A stretch of 64,000 nucleotides of DNA from Nitrospirota bacterium. GTDB lineage: Bacteria > Nitrospirota > UBA9217. A program made the position numbers and the translations under genes. Position 1 is the first letter of the stretch. Every line of letters starts with the position of its first letter. A model generated the notes under the pieces. The model was not told the origin of the DNA, searched no databases, and was given only the letters and a program-made list of their open reading frames with translations. The stretch lies in NCBI GenBank assembly GCA_963790205.1, contig CAWBNQ010000002.1, positions 96,001-160,000 on the forward strand, given 5' to 3'. This document shows, piece by piece, positions 1 through 10,100 of this stretch.

Positions 1-61
1 GCAGCAGCGGTGTATCTTCTGTGCGGCACATCTGAGCTGCCGCGCTCCGGCGAGGTGCGAT

Positions 62-202
62 ATGACGACCTTTCTGATCATCGTGGCCATTGTTGCGGCA
101 ATCTACATCTATGCAGCTATCGCCTACTACTACGGGTTCAAGAACTGGTACCCCCTGTGCGGCTGCAAAGGGGCAAAATGCGATCCTAAGAGACCCTTGT
201 AG
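62..202 (+). CDS. Small (46 aa) membrane protein with Cys-rich tail
   Basis: Manual translation MTTFLIIVAIVAAIYIYAAIAYYYGFKNWYPLCGCKGAKCDPKRPL; GAGGTG RBS just upstream; one hydrophobic helix then CGC...C. Below the ORF-track size cutoff. Confidence 0.55.
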   Translation: MTTFLIIVAIVAAIYIYAAIAYYYGFKNWYPLCGCKGAKCDPKRPL

Positions 203-575
203 ACTGGACGGCGCGAGGGTCGCCCGTGAAAAAATATGCCGGGTCGATGAAAGATTCAGCTTCATGTTTCAATCAGAAGAGCTGTTCCAGAAGAGCTGTT
301 CCCGCCCGAATTCAGCAACCCGGGATCCGCAATTGAATTCCGGAGCGGGCACTAGCGAGCGAATGCGATAGTGTTCCAACCTTAAGAATCGAGCTCCTCC
401 ATCCGGAAGGAGCTTCAATAATTCCGCGGTCGGCAGTCGCCGCGCTGCACTGGCCGTTCCGCACTCTGAACTGGACTTGATCCCCCGTTCTATGCTATTC
501 TCCAGCCGGTATCGCCCATTACACACGCGAAGCGAGCTTTAGCGGGAAACGATTCGGGCCGCCGGAACAGGACCA

Positions 576-1307
576 ATGGAACGACTGTCAAAAAATGATG
601 TATTGGCCCTGGCCAGGACGAGCGGCGATGTATCTCTTTCCGACCTTTCCGGTTTGAACCTCCGAGGGGTGGAGCTGCTCGGCATGCGTTTCGACGGGTC
701 GAATCTCAAAGGCGCGGACCTGTCGAGCTCCAACCTGAGCGGGTCGAGCTTCAGGAATGCCGATCTCTCAGGCTGCAACCTGGGCAACTCCAATTTTACC
801 GGTTGCTTGTTCACACAAGCGTGTCTCGACAAGGCAGACCTTACTCATGCCAGCTTTGTCGGCGCCGATTTTACGGGGGCCACCCTCCTGGAAGCAAATT
901 TCACAAACGCGAATATCTCCGGCGCCGTCTTCGAGAAGGCCGATCTCACGCGGGCCAATATCCAGATGACAGACGGGGCGATGATCCGGTGCAGCGGGGC
1001 GGCCATGGTGAAGATCAACGCACGGAGCGCAAGCCTGATCGGCGCGGTCCTCTCCGGGTGCGATCTGCGCGGCGCGAACCTCCACGGCACGGACCTCAGC
1101 AACGCGAACCTTTCCTCCGCTGACCTGCGGGAAGCGGACATCCTCGATGCGACGCTGACGGCGGCCGACCTCACGAATGCCGACATCCGCCAGGCCCGTT
1201 TGAAGCGGACCGACCTTACGCGTGCAAAATCCGACGGCCTGAAGCACGATGAAGAGCTGCGGGAACTCCTGGCCCGCTTTACCCGACAGAAATCGAAAGC
1301 GTCGTAG
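576..1307 (+). CDS. Pentapeptide repeat protein
   Basis: Continuous A(D/N)Lxx repeats (ADLSS, SNLSG, ADFTG, ANFTN); AGGA RBS. Confidence 0.92.
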   Translation: MERLSKNDVLALARTSGDVSLSDLSGLNLRGVELLGMRFDGSNLKGADLSSSNLSGSSFRNADLSGCNLGNSNFTGCLFTQACLDKADLTHASFVGADFTGATLLEANFTNANISGAVFEKADLTRANIQMTDGAMIRCSGAAMVKINARSASLIGAVLSGCDLRGANLHGTDLSNANLSSADLREADILDATLTAADLTNADIRQARLKRTDLTRAKSDGLKHDEELRELLARFTRQKSKAS

Positions 1308-1353
1308 AATATCAAGTTCCGCATTCCGCATTCCGAATTTGAAAGGACCGTTC

Positions 1354-2355
1354 GTGCCATCCCTTACTGAAAGCAGAAGACAAACACAACTCCAGGTCCG
1401 AGATCTCAGTATCTCTCCGCCCCTGCTTCTGGCGCCGATGGCAGGCCTTACCCACACCGCTCTCCGGCAGATCATCTCCGGCTTCGGCGGGGCCGGTCTT
1501 TTATCAACGGAAATGCTCGGGGCGAAAAGACTGCCCGTGGAAAATCCCGGGATCTCTCCGTATCTGATCAGGACGGCTTCGGAAAAACCGCTTTCCTACC
1601 AGCTCCTGGTCGCGGACGCCGGCGAGCTCGCGCGGGCCATCGACGCGCTTCACGCGTTCAAGGCCGATGCTGTTGATCTGAACATGGGCTGCCCGGCCCC
1701 GGCCGTGCGCCGGCTTGGTGCGGGAGCCAGCCTGATGGAGCAGCCGGAGGATGTCCGCCACATCGTGGCCGAGGCACGGAAGCGCACCGTCCTGCCCCTG
1801 AGCGCAAAGATCAGGCTCGGCAGCGAACCCGACGAGCGGAAATTAAATGCCTTCTGCGCCATGCTCGAGGACGAGGGCATTGATATGCTTTCCATCCATG
1901 CCCGGTTCACAAAAGAGTCCTTTGCCCGAAGGCCGCGATGGGAGTGTATCGCAGGAGTAAAGGAGCGGCTCGGAATTCCCGTCATCGCCAACGGCGGGAT
2001 CTTTTCCGTCCAGGATGCGGAAGAGTGTCTGCGCGTCTCAGGCGCGGACGGACTGATGCTCGGACGCGGGGCGGCGATAAAGCCGTGGCTCTTTGCGGAA
2101 ATTGCCCGGGACGTGTACGGCTGCGCCACGACGGTACCGGCAGTGTCCCTGCCGGCGGTGTACGCTGACTTTGTCGACCATCTTTCCGGACTGTTTCGGC
2201 CGGAATATCGGCTGGGCAGGCTCAAGGAGTTCACCCATTATTTCGCCCGGAATTACAAGTTCGGACACTACCTGGCATCCCGGGTCCAGTCCAGCAGCAG
2301 TCTGGATGAAGCGCGGGAACGGGCTGCTCTTTTTTTTGAAAACGGCATGGAATGA
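1354..2355 (+). CDS. tRNA-dihydrouridine synthase family protein
   Basis: LAPMAG, DLNMGCP, AKIRLG, IANGGI and LMLGRGA motifs; GTG start chosen after GAAAGGA RBS. Confidence 0.9.
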   Translation: MPSLTESRRQTQLQVRDLSISPPLLLAPMAGLTHTALRQIISGFGGAGLLSTEMLGAKRLPVENPGISPYLIRTASEKPLSYQLLVADAGELARAIDALHAFKADAVDLNMGCPAPAVRRLGAGASLMEQPEDVRHIVAEARKRTVLPLSAKIRLGSEPDERKLNAFCAMLEDEGIDMLSIHARFTKESFARRPRWECIAGVKERLGIPVIANGGIFSVQDAEECLRVSGADGLMLGRGAAIKPWLFAEIARDVYGCATTVPAVSLPAVYADFVDHLSGLFRPEYRLGRLKEFTHYFARNYKFGHYLASRVQSSSSLDEARERAALFFENGME

Positions 2356-2436
2356 AACATCCTAGGTCTCTCCTGTTGAATGGTATACTCAAACTTTCTA
2401 GGAGAAAGAAAATTACAGGAAGAGCTTGAAAGCGCT

Positions 2437-3378
2437 ATGACATCGGCATCAACATGGCTCCCCTCCGCGAGTACGCGCCTGAACGAAGGCTGCGAATACC
2501 GCGAACGGCTCGGCTTTGGTGCCGAGGCCCGGATGTTGCTGGCTTATCTCAGTCAACGCTATGGTCACTCCTCCGAGGCAGAGTGGGCGGCGCGCATTGA
2601 GTCCGGTCACGTGCTCATCGACGACCAGCCGGCGCATTCCGAAAGCGTATTACGAAAGGGATGCGAGCTTGTTTGGCAGCGCCCGCCATGGATCGAACCC
2701 GATGCGCCCAGGTCATTTACGGTCCTTTACGAAGATGAGGATGTGCTCGCAGTGGCCAAGCCGGCCGGGTTGCCGACGCTTCCGGGCGCTAATTTCCTGA
2801 ACGCAACGCTCTTGTATCTGGTACGCGCCTATGCGCCTGACGCCGCCCCGCTCCATCGTTTGGGGCGGTGGACATCGGGCCTGGTGCTGTGTGCCCGAAA
2901 CCATAAGGCCCGGACAGAATTGATGCGGCAGTGGTCAGCGAAAGAAGTCGGCAAACGCTACCGCGCGCTTGCCAGCGGGCTTCCTGATCTCGATGAGATG
3001 ACGATCTCCACGCCCATCGGCCCAGTGCCGCACGCCTTGCTCGGTTCGCTTCATGCCGCCTCTCCGAAAGGCAAGCCCTCCTTGTCCCAGGTGATCGTCC
3101 TCGAACGCCGCGCAGATTCCTTCCTTTGTGACGTGCGTATTGCGACAGGCCGGCCTCACCAGATCCGGATCCACCTGGCAGCGGCAGGACACCCTCTGGT
3201 TGGCGATCCGCTTTATGGCGCGAGCGGTCTCTTCGCGCCGGACACGCGTGCTTTGCCGGGCGATCCAGGCTACCTTCTTCATTCCGCAGAACTGAGCTTT
3301 CGCCATCCCACCACCGGGCGCGAGGTCGTCATCGAGTGCGAGCCCCCATCGCTGTTGCGTCTTTCAACAGAAGCGTGA
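2437..3378 (+). CDS. RluA-family RNA pseudouridine synthase
   Basis: KPAGLPT, HRLGRWTSG, TGRPHQIRIH, GHPLVGDPLY and LHS motifs. The usual HRLD catalytic Asp reads HRLG here. Confidence 0.85.
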   Translation: MTSASTWLPSASTRLNEGCEYRERLGFGAEARMLLAYLSQRYGHSSEAEWAARIESGHVLIDDQPAHSESVLRKGCELVWQRPPWIEPDAPRSFTVLYEDEDVLAVAKPAGLPTLPGANFLNATLLYLVRAYAPDAAPLHRLGRWTSGLVLCARNHKARTELMRQWSAKEVGKRYRALASGLPDLDEMTISTPIGPVPHALLGSLHAASPKGKPSLSQVIVLERRADSFLCDVRIATGRPHQIRIHLAAAGHPLVGDPLYGASGLFAPDTRALPGDPGYLLHSAELSFRHPTTGREVVIECEPPSLLRLSTEA

Positions 3379-3770
3379 ATGGTGCGACCCTCCTTTGGCG
3401 ATAGTACTCTTCCCAACAGGACTCCTCATCCATCATTAGGAAAAAACCGTAAGAGTTCATCGCATTCCTTGAAGGATAGACCGCAGCACGTTATTTCTCA
3501 AGAAAGAGACATCTCTTCCAAAAAAAACCTTTCCCTGTTTTTTCCTCAGACGCACCCCTGGGTGCTATACTTGTATCAACTCGATCATTTGTGGCTCCAA
3601 GCCGGTCCCAACACGTGTAAACGAACCGGATCTGAACATCCGGAGTTGTTTGTCGGGAACAAAGATTGCTCTCCTGTATTTTACCGTAAAAAAAATGCCG
3701 TCATACGTGAGGTTCTGACGCTTCCTGCGGCAGCGGGGCTATGCTGCCCCGAGGAAAACCGAGGGGAACT

Positions 3771-6700
3771 TTGCTGAATAACCTGCCCAAAAAACAGAAT
3801 ACATTATCGCAGGGAATACCGCCGCAGCCGGCTTGCGTGGGCGTGAACATCGGCGCCATAACGGTGAAGGTGGTGGCCCTGCGAGAGGACGATGTCTTCT
3901 CCAGGATGAGGACCCATCAGGGCCGTCCCCTGGAGACGCTTGAGGAGATGCTCGCCGAAAAGGAGCTTAGCGGCGCCGAATATTTCGGGGTGTCCGGCCG
4001 CCGGGGCCACATCACCGAGGTTGCCGCCATAGAGCGGGCTTTGGCTGAGCTGGGGTGCGATTTTGATGCTGTCGCTTCGCTGGGCGGCGAGTCCTTCCTG
4101 GTTTACCTCCTGGCAAACAACAGGATCACGAATGTGCTTTCGCACAATAAATGCGCTGCCGGAAGCGGCGAGTTCTTTGTGCAGCAGATCACACGGATGA
4201 GGCTCACTATTGAGGAAGCAATAGAGCGCTCGTTCATGGGGAAGGTCGTGCCCCTGGCAAGCCGGTGCTCGGTCCACTGCAAATCGGACATCACCCACAA
4301 GCTCAACCGGAATGAGGCGAGCCCCCAAGACATCCTGCACACGCTGCATGACAGCATGGCCGACAAGGTGGTCTCGCTGCTCGAAAAGGGACAGCAACAG
4401 CTCAAACGGATTCTCGTCATCGGGGGCGTATCCCAAAACGCCGCCCTCTTGTCTGCTTTGCGAAAGAAGCTACCCTCCACGGAAATCGTCGTTGTTCCCG
4501 AGAGCCTTTGCTTCGAGGCCCGGGGGTGCGCGTTGCTCACCCGGGATGATCCTCGTTACCGTTCTCCGAAGATCTCGCTCCAGCCGGTCCTGGAGAGCTT
4601 TCCGCCGCTTCATTGCCAGGCGGGCAGGGTGCAGGTCATATCGCCGATGCCGCTACAGGCCCCTCCGGATGGTTCGCTGGTCCTTGGTCTTGATGCGGGA
4701 TCGACGACGACCAAGGCTATTCTGCTCGATCCTTCCACAAGGGGTGTGGTCGCATCGCACTATACCCGTACGCGAAGCGATCCCGTGGCAGCGACGCGCG
4801 AGTGCCTCAGGGCCGTCGCGCAAGAGGCCGGCAACCTTAGGGTCGGACTGGCTGGGACCACCGGCTCGGCCCGCGAACTGGTTGGTGCCTACCTGGGCAC
4901 CTCCCACGTATACAATGAGATCTCGGCTCATGCGACAGGGGCGACCCATTTCGACCCTGACGTGGACACCATCTTCGAGATCGGCGGCCAGGACTCCAAG
5001 TACATCCGTCTCAGGAACGGCGTGCCTGTTGATTACGCGATGAACAACGCTTGCTCAGCCGGCACCGGCTCTTTTCTGGAAGAGAGCGCCCAGGGCGACC
5101 TCGGCATCACAGTGTCGGAGATCGCCGGGGCCGCGCTCTCCGCAGCGTCTCCAGTGCAGTTAAAGGCAACCTGCGCAGCGTTCATCAATTCCGACATCCG
5201 CATCGCATTCCAGCAGGGCCAGTCGCGCGAGAACATCGTTGCCGGGCTGGTTTACGCGATTGCCGCAAACTATCTCACCAAGGTCAAAGGGCCGCGCGTC
5301 GTGGGCAAGAAGGTGTTCCTGCAGGGCGGCGTTGCCTTGAACCGCGCCGTGGGCCACGCCTTTGCCCAGAGCGTGGACCGCACGGTCGTGGTCCCCCCGA
5401 GCCCCGAACTGATGGGAGCACTGGGCGTCGCGCTTCTGGCCCTTACGCGGTCCCGCGGCGAGTTTGATCTGGCTACGGACCTGCTTTCCCTGGCCAAGGC
5501 GGAGATGGCGTCCCCGGGGCGCTTCATTTGCAAGGCATGCCGGATGCACTGCAGCATCGACCGCTTCGAGGTGGCCGGCCGGCGCTTCCCCTTTGGCGGG
5601 CGCTGCAGCCTGTACGAAAATATATGGAAGAGAAACGCCCGCGTTGTTGCTGCGCCTGACCTGGTCGGACAACGGGCCGAAATGATTTTTGGAACTACCG
5701 ACGATCAGGTCGAAGGGCTGGCGATGGATCGCGGTCAGCCGGCCATAGGAATTCCGAGAGCGCTCTTAACGCACTCGCTCTACCCTCTCTATTCGACCTT
5801 CTTCTTAAGCCTGGGACTGGATGTGGTCCTGTCCGGCCTCGACCCCCGCGGCGAACTCAAGTCCTATTCCGGCTTTTGCTTTCCCGCGCAGACAGCGCAC
5901 GGGGCAATTCTGGATCTTGTCAAACGAGGCGTGAACCTGGTCTTTATGCCCCATGTGAAACGTATGCCCCGGCCCGGCCAGTGCCGTGATTCCTTCCTCT
6001 GCCCGATCACCCAGGCCAGCCCCTTTTTCCTTGGCGCGGCATTTTCAGACGTCCGCTTTCTTTCCCCCGTCCTGGATTTCAGCCGCGGCTACGAATGCGG
6101 TCCGAACCTGGAGGAGATAGTTGCTCGCGAGTTCGGGATCGGACGCGAACGGGTCCACCGGGCCTGGGAAGCGGCAAGGGGAGCTCAGATGGGTGTCGAA
6201 CGCGCCATGCGAGAGCTTGGACAGCATGCCCTCGCCCGTGCGCTGTTCGAAGGAAAGCCGACGATCGTGCTTGCCGGCCGCAGCTACAACGCTTATGCAG
6301 CCGAGGCTTCTCAATCAATCGGCAGGAAACTCTCGAGCATGGGCGTGGCGACTATCCCGGCTGATTGCCTGGAGCCGATAGAAGAGGGGCCCCTTGCATG
6401 GCACTTCTCCAACCAGGTCCTGAACGCCATGGCCCTGGCCAAAAAACATCCCACCCTGTTTCTGGTCTGCATCAGCAATTTTAGCTGCACCGTGGACGCC
6501 TTTACCCACGCCAGGGTCGCGTCCGAGATGGGTTCCAAGCCGTACCTGATTCTCGAAATCGACGCGCACACTGCCGACGCAGGGATCCAGACCCGCCTTG
6601 AAGCGTTCCTGGACATCGTTCATAACTATCATGCTGCGCCCGCCATACAAAGTGAAAAGTTCTCTTTGTGCCGGGTCGGCGAAGGCAATACGGTCATCCG

Positions 6701-8003
6701 TTCGCAGGGCGAGGCCGTGTCAATGCACGATCAGCGGGTAAAGTTTTATTTTCCCAATTTTTCCGAAGTCCATACGCAGGCGATGGCCATGGCATTCCGC
6801 TGGATGGGCCTGCATACCGGCGAGACCGCTCCGCTCGGCAGGGGCCAGCTCGAACGGGGCCTCCAGTTCACGTCGGGACGCGAGTGCCTTCCCCTGCCGC
6901 TCTGCATCGGACAACTGCTCACGATCAACGAAGAGCGCGGGCAGGGCGAGATCGCGGGATTTTACATGCTGGAAGGCGGCGCGCCCTGCGTGTTGGACGC
7001 CTACCTGGACTACCTCAGGCGTTTTATCGTTGAGCAGCAATTGCCGGACCTTTTTCTGTTCGTCCCGACCGAAGAGAACGGCCAAAGCGCGCCCGACAAA
7101 GTAACCCTCGCAAAGAACACAGCGCTCACGCTCCTGGTGGCGGACCTCCTTGTGGAAATAGAGCACGTTCTCCGGGTCGTCGGCGTTCGAGGCAGCGTGG
7201 ACCAACTCAGGCAGGAGTGGCAGCGGTTTGTCGCAGCAGCGGACTCGGAGGCCCGGTTCAAAGCCGGGCTGGCCGAGTTCGTCGGGCGGATCGCAGCGCT
7301 TCCGCGCACGCGGGAACCGCAGGCCTGCCCGCGGGTCGTAGTCATCGGTGACTTTTTCACCCGGTTCAGCCCGTTCTTCATGGACGGGGTCCAGGACCTC
7401 TATTCCGGGCAAGGTATCATCCTGAAGCCCGTGGACATGACCGATCTCCTGCTCTACCACACCTATTACGGGGTAGCTGAAACTGCCCGCGCATGGGGCA
7501 TGAAACCGGGCGGCCAGGCTTTGGCCAAAGCCTGTTCGAGGATTTTCCAGAGAGACGGAAAGCAGTATCTGCAGCACTTGCTTGCCTATAAGGTGGAGAG
7601 GTGGATTGAGGAAGGCCATCGGAGGCTGTTTGCGAAGACCGGCCTGCTCGTGGCCGGCCCAAATGACGCGGCTTCCCTGTTCGAGAAGGCGTCTGATCAT
7701 GTGCCACCGGGGATCTACGGCGAGATTGTCCCGACCGTAGGCCGGGGACTGGAGGCCGAGGCTGAGGGCTATGACGGGATCATCATCATCGGACCATTCA
7801 ACTGCCTCCCGTTCCGCATCTCGGAGGCGATCCTGAAACCGCTCAGCATCCGGCACGGGATGCCTATTCTTACTTATGAGAGCGACGGATACGCGGTCTC
7901 GCCGTCGGTCATCCGGCAGGTGGAAGTCCACATCCAGCAGGTCCTTGAGCACGCAGCCAGGCGACCATCCGAAGCGACATTGGGCGGGAGCGAAAATGTA
8001 TGA
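3771..8003 (+). CDS. Acyl-CoA dehydratase activase fusion (two BadF/BadG/BcrA/BcrD ASKHA ATPase domains + DUF2229-like + C-terminal dehydratase-like region)
   Basis: NKCAAGSG...SRCSVHCKSD, GLDAGSTTTK, EIGGQDSK, MNNACSAGTGSFLEE, CFP, EIDAHTADAG..TRLEAF, GRECLP and GPFNCLP motifs; TTG start after GAGGGG. Confidence 0.88.
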   Translation: MLNNLPKKQNTLSQGIPPQPACVGVNIGAITVKVVALREDDVFSRMRTHQGRPLETLEEMLAEKELSGAEYFGVSGRRGHITEVAAIERALAELGCDFDAVASLGGESFLVYLLANNRITNVLSHNKCAAGSGEFFVQQITRMRLTIEEAIERSFMGKVVPLASRCSVHCKSDITHKLNRNEASPQDILHTLHDSMADKVVSLLEKGQQQLKRILVIGGVSQNAALLSALRKKLPSTEIVVVPESLCFEARGCALLTRDDPRYRSPKISLQPVLESFPPLHCQAGRVQVISPMPLQAPPDGSLVLGLDAGSTTTKAILLDPSTRGVVASHYTRTRSDPVAATRECLRAVAQEAGNLRVGLAGTTGSARELVGAYLGTSHVYNEISAHATGATHFDPDVDTIFEIGGQDSKYIRLRNGVPVDYAMNNACSAGTGSFLEESAQGDLGITVSEIAGAALSAASPVQLKATCAAFINSDIRIAFQQGQSRENIVAGLVYAIAANYLTKVKGPRVVGKKVFLQGGVALNRAVGHAFAQSVDRTVVVPPSPELMGALGVALLALTRSRGEFDLATDLLSLAKAEMASPGRFICKACRMHCSIDRFEVAGRRFPFGGRCSLYENIWKRNARVVAAPDLVGQRAEMIFGTTDDQVEGLAMDRGQPAIGIPRALLTHSLYPLYSTFFLSLGLDVVLSGLDPRGELKSYSGFCFPAQTAHGAILDLVKRGVNLVFMPHVKRMPRPGQCRDSFLCPITQASPFFLGAAFSDVRFLSPVLDFSRGYECGPNLEEIVAREFGIGRERVHRAWEAARGAQMGVERAMRELGQHALARALFEGKPTIVLAGRSYNAYAAEASQSIGRKLSSMGVATIPADCLEPIEEGPLAWHFSNQVLNAMALAKKHPTLFLVCISNFSCTVDAFTHARVASEMGSKPYLILEIDAHTADAGIQTRLEAFLDIVHNYHAAPAIQSEKFSLCRVGEGNTVIRSQGEAVSMHDQRVKFYFPNFSEVHTQAMAMAFRWMGLHTGETAPLGRGQLERGLQFTSGRECLPLPLCIGQLLTINEERGQGEIAGFYMLEGGAPCVLDAYLDYLRRFIVEQQLPDLFLFVPTEENGQSAPDKVTLAKNTALTLLVADLLVEIEHVLRVVGVRGSVDQLRQEWQRFVAAADSEARFKAGLAEFVGRIAALPRTREPQACPRVVVIGDFFTRFSPFFMDGVQDLYSGQGIILKPVDMTDLLLYHTYYGVAETARAWGMKPGGQALAKACSRIFQRDGKQYLQHLLAYKVERWIEEGHRRLFAKTGLLVAGPNDAASLFEKASDHVPPGIYGEIVPTVGRGLEAEAEGYDGIIIIGPFNCLPFRISEAILKPLSIRHGMPILTYESDGYAVSPSVIRQVEVHIQQVLEHAARRPSEATLGGSENV

Positions 8004-8150
8004 AGACAAACGCGATCTTGGAATTTCTCGACAAGATGCCGAAATCGATCATGACGCTCCTCAGCGCGCCGCTGGCGCTCGTCATTGGTTATCTCGACCG
8101 GATCACCGGCGCTTAGAGTTCCCTGTCCTTTTTCTATGTCTTGCTGTCTG
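8000..8150 (+). pseudogene. Remnant N-terminus of a membrane-anchored sensor/diguanylate-cyclase-like gene
   Basis: ATG overlaps the activase stop (ATGA). Reads MKTNAILEFLDKMPKSIMTLLSAPLALVIGYLDRITGA*SSLSFFYVLL with an in-frame TAG, resembling the GxLDxxTGxExSxSxFY membrane module. Confidence 0.4.
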
Positions 8151-8246
8151 ATTCCGTGCCTTTATTTTTGAGCAGGTCGTCAAGCGAACCGGTATTCTCA
8201 TCCGCTTTTTCTGTCTTCCGTAAAACCGTGGCAGAACATCGGCCCG

Positions 8247-9500
8247 TCACACCCGCTCGTCCGCTATCGCAGCGGCCCGCGCCCCTTCCGAGATTTCCGT
8301 TCCTTTCGCGATCACGACAATGCCCGAAGGCGTTACATGGTAGCGTTTCTGGTCATTCTCCAGGTCGTACCCGATCTCGGTTCCCGGCGGGATGACCACG
8401 TCCTTGTCGATGATGGCTCGGCGGATGCGGCAATGCCTGCCGATGTCCACATTTTCCATGAGAATTGAATCGCGCACCTCAGTGTAGCTGTTCACGCGCA
8501 CGTTCGGCGAGAGCACGGAGTTCTGCACCCTGCCGCCGCTTACGATGCATCCGTGCGCTACGATGGAGTCCAGCGCGATACCGAGCCTGCCGCCCTTCTT
8601 CTCCTGGGCGAAGACGAACTTGGCCGGCGGGTTCTGGGCCTGGTACGTGCGGATGGGCCAGGCCTTGTCATAGAGGTTCAGCAAGGGATCCACGCTCACG
8701 AGGTCCATGTTGGCTTCCCAGTAGGCGTCGATGGTCCCTACGTCGCGCCAGTACTTGGCCTCCTTCTTGTTCTCGTCCTTGAAATTGTAGGCGCAGACGC
8801 GGGCATTCTTCATCATTTGAGGAATGATGTTCTTCCCGAAGTCATGGGCCGTATCCTGGAGCGCGTCGGACTTCAAGTGCTCGATCACGGTCCTGGTATT
8901 GAACAGGTAGATGCCCATGGATGCGAAGGCAAGGTCGGGCCTGCCGGGAATGTGCTTCGGCTCCCTCGGTTTCTCCTCGAACCCGATTATCTTGCCGTCA
9001 TCCTCCACTTCGATCACGCCGAATTCATTTGCGATCTTGCGCGGGACCTCGATGGCCGCCACGGTCGCGTCCGCCTTCTGCTCTTTGTGGAACCGGAACA
9101 TCTCGGCATAGTCCATTTTATAAATGTGGTCGCCGGCGAGCACGAGCACGTGGTCAGGCGCGTCTTTTTCGATCATATAGATGTTCTGGTAGATGGCGTC
9201 CGCCGTTCCCTGGTACCATTTGTCCCCGACGCGCTGCTGGGGCGGCACGGAGATGATGTATTCGTTCAATTCTCCGGAGAAGAAGTTCCACGCGAGCCTG
9301 AGGTGCTTGTCGAGAGAGAGCGATTTGTACTGGGGCAGCACGGCGATCTTGCGGATGCCGGAGTTGATGCAGTTTGAAAGCGTAAAGTCGATGATCCGGT
9401 AGATGCCGCCGAAAGGGACCGCGGGTTTTGCCCGGTGGATGGTGAGGGGATGGAGCCGTTCGCCCTTGCCGCCGGCAAGGATCATCGCCAGTATTCCCAT
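8247..9500 (-). CDS. glgC: Glucose-1-phosphate adenylyltransferase
   Basis: ILAGGKGERL, RAKPAVPFGG, WYQGTADA, GDHIYKMDY, DFGKNIIP and YWRDVGT motifs. Confidence 0.97.
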   Translation of the reverse strand: MGILAMILAGGKGERLHPLTIHRAKPAVPFGGIYRIIDFTLSNCINSGIRKIAVLPQYKSLSLDKHLRLAWNFFSGELNEYIISVPPQQRVGDKWYQGTADAIYQNIYMIEKDAPDHVLVLAGDHIYKMDYAEMFRFHKEQKADATVAAIEVPRKIANEFGVIEVEDDGKIIGFEEKPREPKHIPGRPDLAFASMGIYLFNTRTVIEHLKSDALQDTAHDFGKNIIPQMMKNARVCAYNFKDENKKEAKYWRDVGTIDAYWEANMDLVSVDPLLNLYDKAWPIRTYQAQNPPAKFVFAQEKKGGRLGIALDSIVAHGCIVSGGRVQNSVLSPNVRVNSYTEVRDSILMENVDIGRHCRIRRAIIDKDVVIPPGTEIGYDLENDQKRYHVTPSGIVVIAKGTEISEGARAAAIADERV

Positions 9501-10100
9501 GAACGAATGTCTCCTTCAGTTACTCAAGAATCAAATTCTGCGCAAAAGGAAAAGAAAAAAAGCAACCTCTTTGACACGGATGCACACGGATTAACTTTAT
9601 GAAGCATCATGATTTTTCGCAGGTTTTAATCATTGGCAGTGTCAACGTTTTTGGTTTTGTTTTTCTTGTCCCGGTTTGTGGGTCAGGATGTACGTGATAT
9701 TTCAGATAATAGCAGGAGGACGGGGGCGTGTCAAACGGGAATGCTGCGGCAATCTCCCGGGCTTTTAGCGACTACCATGGTCAGTAAGTCGGCCTTGGCG
9801 CAAGTTGTCCGGGATGCCTTGTGTCAGATATGACGATCAGCCATGAAAGATAGAGAATAATAATTTTCATATGAAATTTTTTAATAGTATTTTTTCTTGA
9901 TTTTTTGATGTGCGGTTGTTAATATGAATTCCCTTTTTAACAACAGGATATTTATTGATGCGCTTCACAGGTTACAATAAGTAACGAAGTAGATGTTTCT
10001 TTGGTAACACTACGGCAGCACCTTAATGGCAGTCCTTATCTTACCGGTTTCATTGCCATTTTTCGTCAGTGTCAGTCATTATGTGCAGGAGGTTTCCAAC

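Noticed and set aside
280..480. Cluster of hairpins upstream of the pentapeptide gene as an ncRNA or riboswitch
   Set aside because: No recognisable conserved riboswitch motif; cannot be supported without an Rfam search.
3379..3777. 132-aa ORF between rluA and the activase
   Set aside because: No RBS or motif and atypical composition; more likely intergenic or regulatory DNA.
9821..9836. CooA/CRP-type site (TGTCA-GATA-TGACG)
   Set aside because: Half-site spacing is 4 rather than 6 bp, and no CooA gene is in the window.
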